A DNA stretch of 63,967 bases, counting the filler, from Octopus bimaculoides (taxonomy: Eukaryota): the NCBI RefSeq assembly GCF_001194135.2. It is 9 parts of 8 records of this genome, joined end to end, with 100 filler letters (N's around TTAATTAATTAA, not from the genome) between each part and the next. Parts side by side here need not be neighbours in the genome. Positions count along the whole stretch, not along the records: positions 1 to 19,164 come from NC_068994.1; 8 more parts are not named here. One strand, written 5' to 3'. The translations under genes and the position numbers were made by a program. Within the stretch, counting starts at the first letter, position 1; every line of letters starts with the position of its first letter. Below, piece after piece: positions 1 through 13,839 of the stretch. Below the pieces are notes generated by a model. That model was not told where the DNA came from, searched no databases, and saw only the letters and a program-made list of their open reading frames with translations.

Positions 1-244
1 ATATATATATATATGCATACATATATATATATATATGTAAATGTATACATATGCATAACATATTTGATGTATATAATATAGGAATATGTGAGTGTGTGTG
101 AGTGTGTGTGTCTGTGTGTTTGTGTGTGTAAATGTATATACAAATGTATCTGTATTTGGGTATACAGATGTATGTTTGTGTGTATAGATGTATTCTGAAT
201 CTCTCAATGCTCGCATCCCAGTCTCCTCTCTGTCGTGCACTCTC

Positions 245-286
<42 letters not shown>

Positions 287-336
287 TCCTTACCTCGCTC
301 TGTCTCTTTCTCTACATCTGTCTGTCTGTCTGCCTA

Positions 337-384
<48 letters not shown>

Positions 385-1379
385 GTTTTATGTTTGCAGC
401 CATCTCTCTCTATATACACAGTACAATATTTTAACGATTTGCACGTGAAAACATGTGTATGTGTGTTTTTCATTCAGTGTGTGTGTGTGTGTGTATGTGT
501 GTGTGTGTGTATGTGTGTGTGTGTATGTGTGTGTGTGTGTATGTGCATGCGTTTTTATGCGTGTGTGTGTGTGTGTATGTGTGTGCGTGTATGTGTGTGT
601 CAGTATATCCGCGCCTAACGCCGTAAATAATTGCGGAGTTGAGTGAGTGCGTTTTTAATAGTTTTCTGAAATAGTTTCTGTTACAATATATGTGCATATA
701 TGCATGTTATTCTCTAGCTTTGCATATATAGACTACATACTTACATACATACACATATGTATATGAGTGTGTATATATTTATATATACATATATACAAAA
801 ATATATATGTGTGTGTAAATATATATATACATATGTATAATCAATGTATATGAGCGTATGCATGTGTATATAAATGTATGTATATATGTAAATACATACA
901 TACATATATGTATATACATAATACATATATATGCACAAACGCACACACGCACACACACAGTCACACATTCACACACACACACACACAGAGCACTCTATAG
1001 CACTTGTAGCTTTGAAAACAATGTTTTATTTTTTTTTATAGACATGGAGCGCTCAGCGTTTACTGGTTACATCGGGTGAATATATTTGCATAACTTAACA
1101 ACCGGTGGCGGTACTTACTACCTAGAAAGCTTATATACAGTTCGTGTACCTGCTAGAAATAAAAGTGAAATTCTGTTGAAATCGCGCACCAGGTAAAAAA
1201 AAAGGGGGCAAAGCAAGAAAAAATGTAATGGCTATTTGCTCCCACAAAACAAATACACGCACACACAAATAAGTGGGATGGCCATTGTTGGAACGTCTTT
1301 GTGTCTGCTCGACCTGTGCTGACCGTAGCTGAAAGAGTAACCTAGCTTATAATATATTTGCTTGTTTATACTGTTAGCA

Positions 1380-1760
1380 GAGGTGCAATGGCCCAGTGGT
1401 TATGGCAGCGGACTCGCGGTCATAGGATCGCGGTTTCGATTCCCAGACCAGGCGTTGTGAGTGTTTATTGAGCGAAAACACCTAAAGCTCCACGAGGCTC
1501 CGGCAGGGGATGGTAGCGAACCCTGCTGTACTCTTTCACCACAACTTTCTCTCACTCTTACTTCCTGTTTCTGCTGTGCCTGTAATTCAAAGGGTCAGCC
1601 TTGTCACACTCTGTGTCACGCTGAATATCCTCGAGATCTACGTTAAGGGTACACGTGTCTGTGGAGTGCTCAGCCACTTGCACGTTAATTTCACGAGCAG
1701 GCTGTTCTGTTGATTGGATCAACTGGAACCCTCGACGTCGTAAGCGACGGAGTGCCAACA
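1380..1760 (+). mobile_element. tRNA-derived SINE family A, near full length
   Basis: A-box TGGCCCAGTGG, B-box GGTTTCGATTCC, and a conserved body ending ...GTCGTAAGCGACGGAGTGCCAACA. Near-identical copies occur elsewhere in the window. Confidence 0.85.
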
Positions 1761-2636
1761 CATATACTGTTAATCTTTTATTTGTTGTAGTCGTTGAACT
1801 GCGGCCATACTGGGGCACCCCCTTGAAGAGCTTAGACGAAAATATCGGCACTAATACTTGTTTTATAAGCCTAGTACTTATTGTTGGTGGTGGTGGAGGC
1901 AACCCCTGACTCCACATATACGTATGTATAAAAAAGAGTGTAAATGGTGTTCTTTTCTATATACCCACGCCACACATAGAACCAACCCTGAGTCGGTTCT
2001 ACAGATTAAATTGGATTTGGTACTTACATATCAACAGTATCCTACAGACACCTGAAGCCTTCATGGATGCTTAATCTCACTGTGAACCCTGTGTTTGTTT
2101 ATTGCACCTAACCATTGCTGGCGCCCTCCGTGTCCAGGTGCCTGGATTCTATTGAAAAATATAACTACTGAATATATATATATATGTACATAAGTCAATT
2201 GATACATGTTTTCATTATACAAAATAAGAATAGAACCAAGAAAACATAAAAAGGTTAATTTTCCACATCAGCAATCGCATGCCACTCCTCTCGGCGTTAA
2301 GCGGCCAAAGTGGATTTCCTCTGGCGTCTCTCTGAGCAGATTTTTTTTCTCCTAATTTTGTTCTTTTAATAATTTTTTTTGTCTTTTATTCATTTCAGTT
2401 GCTAGACCGCGACCATGCTGTAGCACCGCCGTGCTTTTTTTTTTTTTTTTTTTTTGGTAGAATCAATCGATTCCATTACTTATTCGTCTTGGCTTTTAAG
2501 TCTGATCCTCATTGTAACATCCTCTTTTGCCGAAGCTAAGTTGCAAGGACGTAAACGAACCAGCACCGGTTGTCAAGCGGTGTGGGGAAAGAAAAACACA
2601 GACACAGTGACACACATGCAAACACACACACACTCT

Positions 2637-2757
2637 ACGTTAAGGGTACATGTGTCTGTGGAGTGCTCAGCCACTTACACGTTAATTTCATGAACAGGCT
2701 GTTCCGTTGATTGGATCAACTGGAACCTTCGTCGTCGTAACCGACGGAGTGCCACGA
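2637..2757 (+). mobile_element. SINE family A, 3' fragment
   Basis: Matches 1640-1757. Confidence 0.8.
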
Positions 2758-2777
2758 CCTTTTATTATAACAAAAGC

Positions 2778-3477
2778 GACGAGTTGGCAGGATCATTAGC
2801 ACACCGGGTGAAATGCTTAGCGTTAGTTCTGAGTTCAAATCCCGCCGAGGTCGACTTTGCTTTTCATCCTTTCGGGGTCGATAAATTAAGTACCAGTTGC
2901 GTACTGGGGTCGATCTAACCAACTGGCCTTCTCCCCCAAAATTTCGGGCCTTGTGCCTAGAGTAGAAAAGAATCGTTAGCACGCAGGAAAAACTGTTTGG
3001 CGGCATTTCTTCCAATTCTTTACCTTCTGTGTTCAAACCCTACCAAGGTCGATTATGCTTTTCATCCTTTCGGGGTCGATAAAATAAGTACCCGTTAAGT
3101 ACCGGGGACAAGGTAATACCCGCAAAATTTTTCGCTTTGCGTCAAAATTAGAATCGTTACCGTACTGCATAAAATACTTAGCGACATTTCTTCCAGGCTC
3201 TTTACGTTGTGAGTTCAAATTCCGCCGAGGTCGACTTTGCCTTTCATCCTTTAGTGGGGTCAATAAAATAAGGACCAATCAAACATTGGGATCACTGTAA
3301 TCAACTAATACCCTTCGTCCGTCTTTGCGTTCTGAATTCAAATTCCGCCGCGGTCGACTTTGCCTTTCATCCTTTCGGGGTCGATAGATTAAGTACTAGT
3401 GGGGGAGGGGACTCGTCGATTACGTCGACCAGTCCCTTCCTCCATAAATTTCAGGCCTTGTGCCTTTAGTAGAAAGG

Positions 3478-3546
<69 letters not shown>
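2778..3546 (+). mobile_element. Four head-to-tail copies of SINE family C, ending in (ATT)n
   Basis: Repeated core GTTCAAATTCCGCCGAGGTCGACTTTGCCTTTCATCCTTTCGGGGTCGATAAA near 2830, 3030, 3210 and 3335. Confidence 0.8.
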
Positions 3547-3548
<2 letters not shown>

Positions 3549-4119
3549 AATTGTTGTTGTTGTTCTTGTTGATATTTCCAAGGGACCACCCACTCTTCCA
3601 TCGTATCGTAGGTCAACAACAAGAACAAGAACGACAACAACAAAGCGAGTAGGGAAATAAAGGGCGTATTCCAGGTATTTTATTGAAATGANNNNNNNNN
3701 NNNNNNNNNNNNNNNNNNNNNNNNNNNNNNNNNNNNNNNNNNNNNNNNNNNNNNNNNNNNNNNNNNNNNNNNNNNNNNNNNNNNNNNNNNNNNNNNNNNN
3801 NNNNNNNNNNNNNNNNNNNNNNNNNNNNNNNNNNNNNNNNNNNNNNNNNNNNNNNNNNNNNNNNNNNNNNNNNNNNNNNNNNNNNNNNNNNNNNNNNNNN
3901 NNNNNNNNNNNNNNNNNNNNNNNNNNNNNNNNNNNNNNNNNNNNNNNNNNNNNNNNNNNNNNNNNNNNNNNNNNNNNNNNNNNNNNNNNNNNNNNNNNNN
4001 NNNNNNNNNNNNNNNNNNNNNNNNNNNNNNNNNNNNNNNNNNNNNNNNNNNNNNNNNNNNNNNNNNNCTACACATTAACGACGAGGACGACGACGACGAC
4101 GACCACCACCACCACCACC

Positions 4120-4205
4120 ACCTGGGGTCGATTTGCTCGACTAAAGGCGGTGCTCCAGCATGGCCGTAGTCAAATGACTGAAACAAGTAAAAGAGTAGAC
4201 AGTAA
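4120..4205 (+). mobile_element. SINE family B 3' end
   Basis: Matches 44315-44398. Confidence 0.75.
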
Positions 4206-4419
4206 AGAGAGTCCAATGTATTATTATAGGGACAATGCTTGAAATTTAAGGGGGAAGGGGCCAGTCGATTGGATCGACCTCAGTACCCAGCTGGTACTTA
4301 TTTTATCGACCCCGAAAGGATAAACGGCAAAGTCGACCTCGGCGGAATTTGAACTCAGAACGTACCAGTAGACGAAATACTGCTAAGCATATATATATAC
4401 ATATAGATATACATATATA

Positions 4420-4572
4420 CGACAGGCTTCTTTCAGTTCCCGTCTACCAAGGCTTTGGTCGGCCCGAGGCTATCGTAGATGACACTTCCCAATGTGCCAC
4501 GCAGTGGGACTGAATCCGGAACCATGTGGTTGGGAAGCAAGCTACTTACCACACAGCCACTCCTACGCCTAT
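4420..4572 (-). mobile_element. SINE family B 5' half
   Basis: Reverse complement of 44003-44165. Confidence 0.8.
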
Positions 4573-5359
4573 AGTCTATGTACGTCTTGTGATCTAGTAC
4601 CTCAGTGATTTCAAACATACACGCGCACATACACACACATATACATACACATGTATACATACATACGCATATAAGTGTTGGGTAAATATGTGTTCATTCC
4701 AAAGTATACAATTAATCAGTATATAAGCAAACACGTGGATATATATGAACTTAAGCGCGCGCGCGTGTGTGTATACGTGCGTGCATATGACTAAATATAC
4801 CGATATAAAACAAAGTTGATAAATATAAACACCTATATATACGAGCACGCATATATACAGGTATGTATACAGGTTGTATTGATGTCTATAAGTATAGATA
4901 CTTTTTGATATTTTGACACGCAATTACACATATACGACCCTCACACTTCTTCCCAATTTCTATACAATAATCCACGCAACGTGCGCAGCACGTCAAATTA
5001 TAAACACATGCAGGTGTGACAGTCATTAGTGATTCCTATTATTATGTTTGTTTTTAAATGTTTCACTTAAGAGCAACCAGATGCTCTGTAATAGAAGTCT
5101 CGAATAAGGACTATGAAACCTAATGGCAAAGCCGTTTTGGTGCCGGTTATTTGGCGTCGCTTAATCGACGCTGACTTACTTGACCTCAGCTCTTTTCATG
5201 TTTCGCTCGTTTTGATGTTTCACTTGTTTTGATCAATCACTCGTTCCGTCTCCATTCTCTCTCCCTCCCTCCCTCTCTATTATCAAGATGGTGAGCTAGC
5301 AGAAACGTTAGCACGCTGGACAAAATGCTTAGCGACATTTCGCCCGTCTTTACGTTCTG

Positions 5360-5476
5360 AGTTCAAATTCCGCTGAGGTCGACTTTGCCCTTTATCTTTT
5401 CGGAGTCGATAAATTAAATTGTTTTATCGACCCCGAAAAGATAAAGGGCAAAGTCGACCGCAGCGGAATTTGAACT
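5360..5476. repeat. 54-bp fold-back inverted duplication of a SINE C segment
   Basis: Arms 5360-5413 and 5423-5476, 52/54 complementary, 9-nt loop. Confidence 0.9.
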
Positions 5477-5631
5477 ACCGTTCGTGAAACTCTGAGTAAC
5501 AGTTTTTGTGATATTTCTGAGCCTTTTAAATATAGCATATTACTCTACCTCTGGTATTTGAGTACTCTTTTTTTTCCACCTTGTTTCACATTTATGTGCT
5601 TACTCCGGTATATATATAAATACACACATAC

Positions 5632-5664
<33 letters not shown>

Positions 5665-6829
5665 TGTATGTATGTATGTATGTATGTATTTATATACAGT
5701 TCTTTCATTCTTGACTTCCTCTCCAATAACCATTTCTCTCACCATTCCAATCTCTATGCATTACTTCAATCGCATCTTCCTTTCTTGTCTCACCTATTCA
5801 TTCTTCTCTGTCTGTCTGTCACTCTCTCTCTCCCCCACTCTTCCCCCACACACTTCCTCACCATCTCTCTCTCTCTCTCTTTCCCTCTGTCTGTCTGTCT
5901 GTCTCTCACTTACTTTGTTATTCTCTCTTCACTTTGTCATGCTGTTGATATCCAATATCTTATCTCACCTCATATATTTCACACCGCAGAATAAATATAC
6001 AACAAAAATATAGATTCATATATNNNNNNNNNNNNNNNNNNNNNNNNNNNNNNNNNNNNNNNNNNNNNNNNNNNNNNNNNNNNNNNNNNNNNNNNNNNNN
6101 NNNNNNNNNNNNNNNNNNNNNNNNNNNNNNNNNNNNNNNNNNNNNNNNNNNNNNNNNNNNNNNNNNNNNNNNNNNNNNNNNNNNNNNNNNNNNNNNNNNN
6201 NNNNNNNNNNNNNNNNNNNNNNNNNNNNNNNNNNNNNNNNNNNNNNNNNNNNNNNNNNNNNNNNNNNNNNNNNNNNNNNNNNNNNNNNNNNNNNNNNNNN
6301 NNNNNNNNNNNNNNNNNNNNNNNNNNNNNNNNNNNNNNNNNNNNNNNNNNNNNNNNNNNNNNNNNNNNNNNNNNNNNNNNNNNNNNNNNNNNNNNNNNNN
6401 NNNNNNNNNNNNNNNNNNNNNNNNNNNNNNNNNNNNNNNNNNNNNNNNNNNNNNNNNNNNNNNNNNNNNNNNNNNNNNNNNNNNNNNNNNNNNNNNNNNN
6501 NNNNNNNNNNNNNNNNNNNNNNNNNNNNNNNNNNNNNNNNNNNNNNNNNNNNNNNNNNNNNNNNNNNNNNNNNNNNNNNNNNNNNNNNNNNNNNNNNNNN
6601 NNNNNNNNNNNNNNNNNNNNNNNNNNNNNNNNNNNNNNNNNNNNNNNNNNNNNNNNNNNNNNNNNNNNNNNNNNNNNNNNNNNNNNNNNNNNNNNNNNNN
6701 NNNNNNNNNNNNNNNNNNNNNNNNNNNNNNNNNNNNNNNNNNNNNNNNNNNNNNNNNNNNNNNNNNNNNNNNNNNNNNNNNNNNNNNNNNNNNNNNNNNN
6801 NNNNNNNNNNNNNNNNNNNNNNNNNNNNC

Positions 6830-7143
6830 CGGGCGTTGTGAGTGTTTATTGAGTGAAAACATCTAAAGCTCCACGAGGCTCCGGCAGGGGATGGTGGCGA
6901 ACCCTGCTGTACTCTTCCACCACAACTCTCTCACTCTTACTTCCTTTTCTGTTGTGCCTGTAATTCAAAGGGTCAGCCTTGTCACACTGTGTCACGCTGA
7001 ATATTCCCGAGAACTACGTTAAGGGTACACATGTCTGTGGAGTGCTCAGCCACTTGCACGTTAATTTCACGAGCAGGCTGTTCCGTTGATCGGATCAACT
7101 GGAACCTTCGACGTCGTAAGCGACGGAGTGCCAACAACAACAA
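6830..7143 (+). mobile_element. SINE family A copy with (CAA)n tail
   Basis: Matches 1450-1760; the 5' end lies in a gap. Confidence 0.85.
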
Positions 7144-7221
7144 TATCGCAGAACTACACAGTGGCTGTGTGAACTACGAAATCCTCTTCACCACTGTTAT
7201 ATCGTACGTTCGAATGACCTC

Positions 7222-7720
7222 TACTCAACTTTGATAATATTCTTCTTCTAATTTCCGCGTCTTCCGTTGCCACTAGCCCTTTAACGAATATTAGGCACTT
7301 GAACATATCTGGCGCTAATTCTTCCAACTTGAATCTTTCGCAAGCCTTATTAACCATACCAACATATGTTACAAAATCATCAGACTCGTTTTTCTTTAAA
7401 TTTAAACATTCCCATCGAATGTTAAACTGCGAACTTTTCTCGCTAAAAATATTCGTCAAAATATTTATCGTTTCATCAAAACACAATTCCATGGGCTTTC
7501 TCGGCAAAATAAAGTTACAAAAACTTTCGTGTTCCGGAGTAGCAAGCTTTCGCAAAAGGATCTCCACCTTCCTTTCACTAGACCATCCCTTGGTTTCCTC
7601 TCGGAATATGTCTTCGTATCGTCTTTAATATGCAGCAAAAGTAGTTCCTTTATCCGGATTGTAGTGAAATTCTTCGACGGAATTTGCAATACCATCTGCT
7701 GAAAATGATTCTGTCGTATT
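7222..7720 (-). mobile_element. Ty3/Gypsy LTR retrotransposon gag fragment (Mag / K02A2.6-like)
   Basis: Translation NTTESFSADGIANSVEEFHYNPDKGTTFAAY*RRYEDIFREETKGWSSERKVEILLRKLATPEHESFCNFILPRKP...ACERFKLEELAPDMFKCLIFVKGL...DAEIRRRILSKL matches the recognisable gag of this clade. One in-frame TAA at 7625-7627; truncated by a gap. Confidence 0.8.
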
Positions 7721-10313
7721 NNNNNNNNNNNNNNNNNNNNNNNNNNNNNNNNNNNNNNNNNNNNNNNNNNNNNNNNNNNNNNNNNNNNNNNNNNNNNNNN
7801 NNNNNNNNNNNNNNNNNNNNNNNNNNNNNNNNNNNNNNNNNNNNNNNNNNNNNNNNNNNNNNNNNNNNNNNNNNNNNNNNNNNNNNNNNNNNNNNNNNNN
7901 NNNNNNNNNNNNNNNNNNNNNNNNNNNNNNNNNNNNNNNNNNNNNNNNNNNNNNNNNNNNNNNNNNNNNNNNNNNNNNNNNNNNNNNNNNNNNNNNNNNN
8001 NNNNNNNNNNNNNNNNNNNNNNNNNNNNNNNNNNNNNNNNNNNNNNNNNNNNNNNNNNNNNNNNNNNNNNNNNNNNNNNNNNNNNNNNNNNNNNNNNNNN
8101 NNNNNNNNNNNNNNNNNNNNNNNNNNNNNNNAAGGAGCAAAAGAGGAAAAGGGAAAGAAAGGAAGGAAAAGAAGAAGGAAAGAAAGAAACGAACAAAGAG
8201 AGAAAGAAAGGAACAAAGAAAGAAAGAAAGAAGAGAGAAAGACTGAAGGAAAGAAGAAGGGAAGGTGTGAACAAACGAAATAAAATCATATAAAGGAAAT
8301 TCAGGAATATGGGACATGAACTTCCGCTATTTTAAGCCATAAGTCAAAATAATTGGTTCCAAATTAGACCTAAGTTCACCAAAAATTTATTGGTGCTGTC
8401 GTTGTTTTTTAACCCCCGGTCAGCCTTGAAAGGGCAGACCTATAATCACAGTCGTTATATCCGTGATCATTTCGTATTTTTTTTTTTGCACAGTTCTGTA
8501 GAGGGTTAGTGGCGAGCAGGTGCGACAAAGTTCTTGGAGAGACTCAGGGCGTCGGTGCGAAACAACTAGCTGCTCTGTTACGGATGTCTTTCGGGCGGGA
8601 GCCTAGGGATAAATTTCCAGAAATCCTTGGCTAGGAAATGCTACCGGACGGGGTAGGGCATTACGGGCATTACCGGTTCGAGATGAACTCTACAGACATG
8701 AAAGTGCCATCAGCGGGGCTTGCCCGACAAGATGCGCGCAGACCGACGGAACTGCTCTACACGTTCTCGTTCAGCACCTGTATATCTTTTGTGCGAGAGT
8801 ACGACGCCCCCCTGGCGAGAATGGACTGGACCACTACTTGTAAATAATAACGGTCTGAGTAAGTGGGGTAGTTCTAAAAGGAGAAGAGAAATTCTGTTTT
8901 CTAGCCGTTAAAGCTATAGCGAAAGAGGTGATATGGAAGAGCTATCACATCAGGCACCATCGTCTTCGGGTATGCTTTGGTTAACCTCTTTTTATATCAC
9001 CTAAGAAGGAAAGCGTGTCTAGGGGAAAAATGCCTGACGGCAAAAAAATTCCGAAGAAGATAGAAGAAAGCGGCCGGAAAGTTAGGTAAGTACCTAATTA
9101 AAAATAAAAATAATAAATGCACCCTTTTAAAGCCTAGCCAAGCTCATGGGCCAGGTTTCTCGGTTTCAATGGCGTATGTGTTCCCTAGCTGGACGGGACG
9201 CCAGTCCATCNNNNNNNNNNAATCATCGTATTAGTTCCACAGATCGTGTGTTGATAGTTCAAAGCTGGAGTTCGAAGTTCACAGTTTGTGTTAGCGTCTT
9301 GGATTGTTTGGTTCTTAAAAGATTGTCGTTATATTCCATGTGGTTACTGCAGTTTGTTTCGATTATATTGTCATTACACTGTTGCAGTGTAGTCGTTTCA
9401 CCATAAGGATATAACAATATTTCTGACTTATGGACTTATGTCGAACACCTGCTGTAGCGAGTAGGACGGATCCGGCTACCAGCTGAGTCCATTGTGGAGA
9501 TAGTCTTACCGCCTTCCTTTGGCGGAGAAGAACAACTGCAAAAACATCACAAAAATATCACGTGATATTTTTGCAGCTTTAATAATAATAAAGTATATAT
9601 AAATATATANNNNNNNNNNNNNNNNNNNNNNNNNNNNNNNNNNNNNNNNNNNNNNNNNNNNNNNNNNNNNNNNNNNNNNNNNNNNNNNNNNNNNNNNNNN
9701 NNNNNNNNNNNNNNNNNNNNNNNNNNNNNNNNNNNNNNNNNNNNNNNNNNNNNNNNNNNNNNNNNNNNNNNNNNNNNNNNNNNNNNNNNNNNNNNNNNNN
9801 NNNNNNNNNNNNNNNNNNNNNNNNNNNNNNNNNNNNNNNNNNNNNNNNNNNNNNNNNNNNNNNNNNNNNNNNNNNNNNNNNNNNNNNNNNNNNNNNNNNN
9901 NNNNNNNNNNNNNNNNNNNNNNNNNNNNNNNNNNNNNNNNNNNNNNNNNNNNNNNNNNNNNNNNNNNNNNNNNNNNNNNNNNNNNNNNNNNNNNNNNNNN
10001 NNNNNNNNNNNNNNNNNNNNNNNNNNNNNNNNNNNNNNNNNNNNNNNNNNNNNNNNNNNNNNNNNNNNNNNNNNNNNNNNNNNNNNNNNNNNNNNNNNNN
10101 NNNNNNNNNNNNNNNNNNNNNNNNNNNNNNNNNNNNNNNNNNNNNNNNNNNNNNNNNNNNNNNNNNNNNNNNNNNNNNNNNNNNNNNNNNNNNNNNNNNN
10201 NNNNNNNNNNNNNNNNNNNNNNNNNNNNNNNNNNNNNNNNNNNNNNNNNNNNNNNNNNNNNNNNNNNNNNNNNNNNNNNNNNNNNNNNNNNNNNNNNNNN
10301 NNNNNNNNNNNNN

Positions 10314-10364
<51 letters not shown>

Positions 10365-11289
10365 TAATCTAGAGATGAAAAAGTGAACAAAAAAATGGAG
10401 TGAGAAAACTTAAGTGAAAGGTGAAGATGGACTAAGGAAAGGTAAAAAGTTAAACTCCTTTTCTTGCCTTCATAAAACTGTCTTTTAGACAAGATTGTAG
10501 GAAAGGAAAGTTGGCAGTTTGTTATTTCCGGAAACAATTTTCAAATTTTAGTCTTCATTTTGTATTATTTTTTCCTTGCTTGCTGGTTTGACCTTATTTC
10601 ACGCTTCACTCTGTGTACGTGCGTGGGTGTGTATGTGTGTGTGTGCGTGCGCGTATGTGTGTGTGCATGTCTGTCTGTTTGTGGGTCTGTCTATCTATCT
10701 ATCTATTTATCTATCTATCTGTCGTCCGTCTTTCTGTCTGTCGTCTGTCTTTCTATCTATCTATCTATCTATCTATCTCCCTCTGTCTGTCTGTCTGTCT
10801 GTCTGTCTGTATACCTACCTATCTGCCTCTCCACTTACATCTTTCATTCTCTTTCTCTTTCTTTTTGTCACCCTTTCTCTCTATTTATCTATCTGTTACT
10901 CTGTCTGCCAGTATGACTGTCTGCCTTCCTGTCTGTCTGTCTGTCTGTCAGCATGACTGTCTGCCTGCCTGCTTGCCTGCCTGCCTGTCTGTCTGCCTCT
11001 CTGTCCTGTCTTTATACGTGTTTACTCCCTCCATTACTAGGCATAATATACGAACCTACCAACCGTGGGCCACCAAGGAAGTAACGAGTAATATGCTTTC
11101 ATAAACAATTTACTTAGTCTGAAATAGAATTGATCCGTACCATCAACACAATTCACCACCACCACCATTATCCCCATCCATCACCAACACCACTACCATT
11201 ACTACTACTACTACTACTCCCCTTCACCACCACCACCACCCCCATCACCATTACCATCACCACCACCACCTCTATTATCACCATCCACA

Positions 11290-11680
11290 AAGAAGCCCGT
11301 CGTATATATATATATCTACATAATATATTTTATGTGTATGTTTGTGTGTATGTTTGGGGGCACCACGCGTGCCCCCACCATTGCTTGACAACCGACGTTG
11401 CTGTGTTTACGTCCCTGTAACTTAGCGGTTCGGCAAAATGGACCGATTGAGTAAGTACTAGGCTTACAAAGAATAATACAGTTCTATGGTTCAAATATCC
11501 GTCAAATGTAAAAAAATGTAAATAATGTGAATAATGTTACAAAGAATAAGACCTGGGATCGATTTGTTCGACTGAAACCCTCCAAGGCGGTTCTCCAGCA
11601 TGGCCGCAGTCAAAATGGCCGCAGTCAAAATGGCCGCAGTCAAAATGGCTGAAGCAAATAAAAGAATCAGAAGAATAAAA
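11290..11680 (+). mobile_element. SINE family B 3' half, with inserted sequence and a triplicated ATGGCCGCAGTCAAA
   Basis: Matches 44155-44398; 15-nt unit x3 at about 11600-11650. Confidence 0.7.
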
Positions 11681-11912
11681 AAGACATTAGTGTAAAAAAT
11701 AAATAAATAAAGTCTATTGTTCTGAGAGGAGGCAAGGGAGACAATTTCCCAAATTTCTGTCAGTCAAAAGTCAAGAGCGAAATTGCTTTACAAGAAGGAG
11801 TCGAATCTAATCTGTACGTTCTCCTCTTTCGCTCACCTCTCCGTTCCCGCTCTCGCTCACGCAACCACATCTACATGCACACGTACTCAAAACACACTGT
11901 TATTCTTTATTT

Positions 11913-11945
<33 letters not shown>

Positions 11946-12083
11946 NNNNNNNNNNNNNNNNNNNNNNNNNNNNNNNNNNNNNNNNNNNNNNNNNNNNNNN
12001 NNNNNNNNNNNNNNNNNNNNNNNNNNNNNNNNNNNAAAGCATAACTTCAATAGGATTCTGAATTTTGATTCTACGTTCACATT

Positions 12084-12127
<44 letters not shown>

Positions 12128-12201
12128 CAATGACAACCAACAGCCATTTATAACACACACAGACACACATACCTATATATATATGTATAAGTGTGTGTGT
12201 G

Positions 12202-12242
<41 letters not shown>

Positions 12243-12556
12243 CATACTTACATACATATGTATACATATACGCACTCACACACGCGCGTGCACACACACA
12301 CACACACACACACACATCGATAAGTAGATACATAGAAATTATTGTGTTTGACTGTTCCACGGGATAAGTTCCGATCAAGAGCAGTAGATGTATGGGTAGG
12401 TGTATATATATATGTGTGCGTATGTGTCTGTTTTTGTTTATGTATGTTGCTATATCTATCTATCCATCTATATACATATATATATTTATACGTATATACA
12501 TATATATGCATATAAATACACACACACAAATATATGTTTTTGTCTGTGTATGTTGC

Positions 12557-12603
<47 letters not shown>

Positions 12604-12974
12604 CTCCATCTACACGCATATATAAATACATATATATACGTATATACATATATATACATATAAATACAAATATATATATGTATGTATACATACATATGAT
12701 CGTCTATGTTGTATATCCTAATATGCTATATGTCTGTGTGTCTGTATTTGTCTTTGTCTATAGTCAACAAAGTAGCTATAAATAGAAACTAGAAAAAATC
12801 AATATAAATTGACTAGAGGCGCCTTCCAAGGCCTTAATTTGATTAGTTCATTTATATTTAGTAAACGTTAACCATCGATCTCTCGTTTGAGTTCATTGAT
12901 TTCTTTCCTAGATATTATTTTCATATGTATTTCTTTTGTTTGTTTTCCTTCTATGTGCTTTTTTGTGGTTTTCA

Positions 12975-13028
<54 letters not shown>

Positions 13029-13180
13029 CTGTCTGCTTTTGTTTTGTTCTTGTGAGAATGATGATGAAGTGATCTTAACTTTTTACTCGCTTTGATATTA
13101 ATTCGTATGTATGGGTTTGGCGTGTGTCAGTGTGCGCGTGTATATATGTATGCTTGCATGTAGGTATGGATGTATGTATA

Positions 13181-13216
<36 letters not shown>

Positions 13217-13788
13217 TGTATGTATGTATGTGTGTGTGTGTGTGTGTGGGTATAGGTGTGTCTGTGTGTATATTTACATCAATGCACGTGTATATGTAAA
13301 TATGAGGTCATATANNNNNNNNNNNNNNNNNNNNNNNNNNNNNNNNNNNNNNNNNNNNNNNNNNNNNNNNNNNNNNNNNNNNNNNNNNNNNNNNNNNNNN
13401 NNNNNNNNNNNNNNNNNNNNNNNNNNNNNNNNNNNNNNNNNNNNNNNNNNNNNNNNNNNNNNNNNNNNNNNNNNNNNNNNNNNNNNNNNNNNNNNNNNNN
13501 NNNNNNNNNNNNNNNNNNNNNNNNNNNNNNNNNNNNNNNNNNNNNNNNNNNNNNNNNNNNNNNNNNNNNNNNNNNNNNNNNNNNNNNNNNNNNNNNNNNN
13601 NNNNNNNNNNNNNNNNNNNNNNNNNNNNNNNNNNNNNNNNNNNNNNNNNNNNNNNNNNNNNNNNNNNNNNNNNNNNNNNNNNNNNNNNNNNNNNNNNNNN
13701 NNNNNNNNNNNNNNNNNNNNNNNNNNNNNNNNNNNNNNNNNNNNNNNNNNNNNNNNNNNNNNNNNNNNNNNNNNNNNNNNNNNNNNNN

Positions 13789-13839
<51 letters not shown>

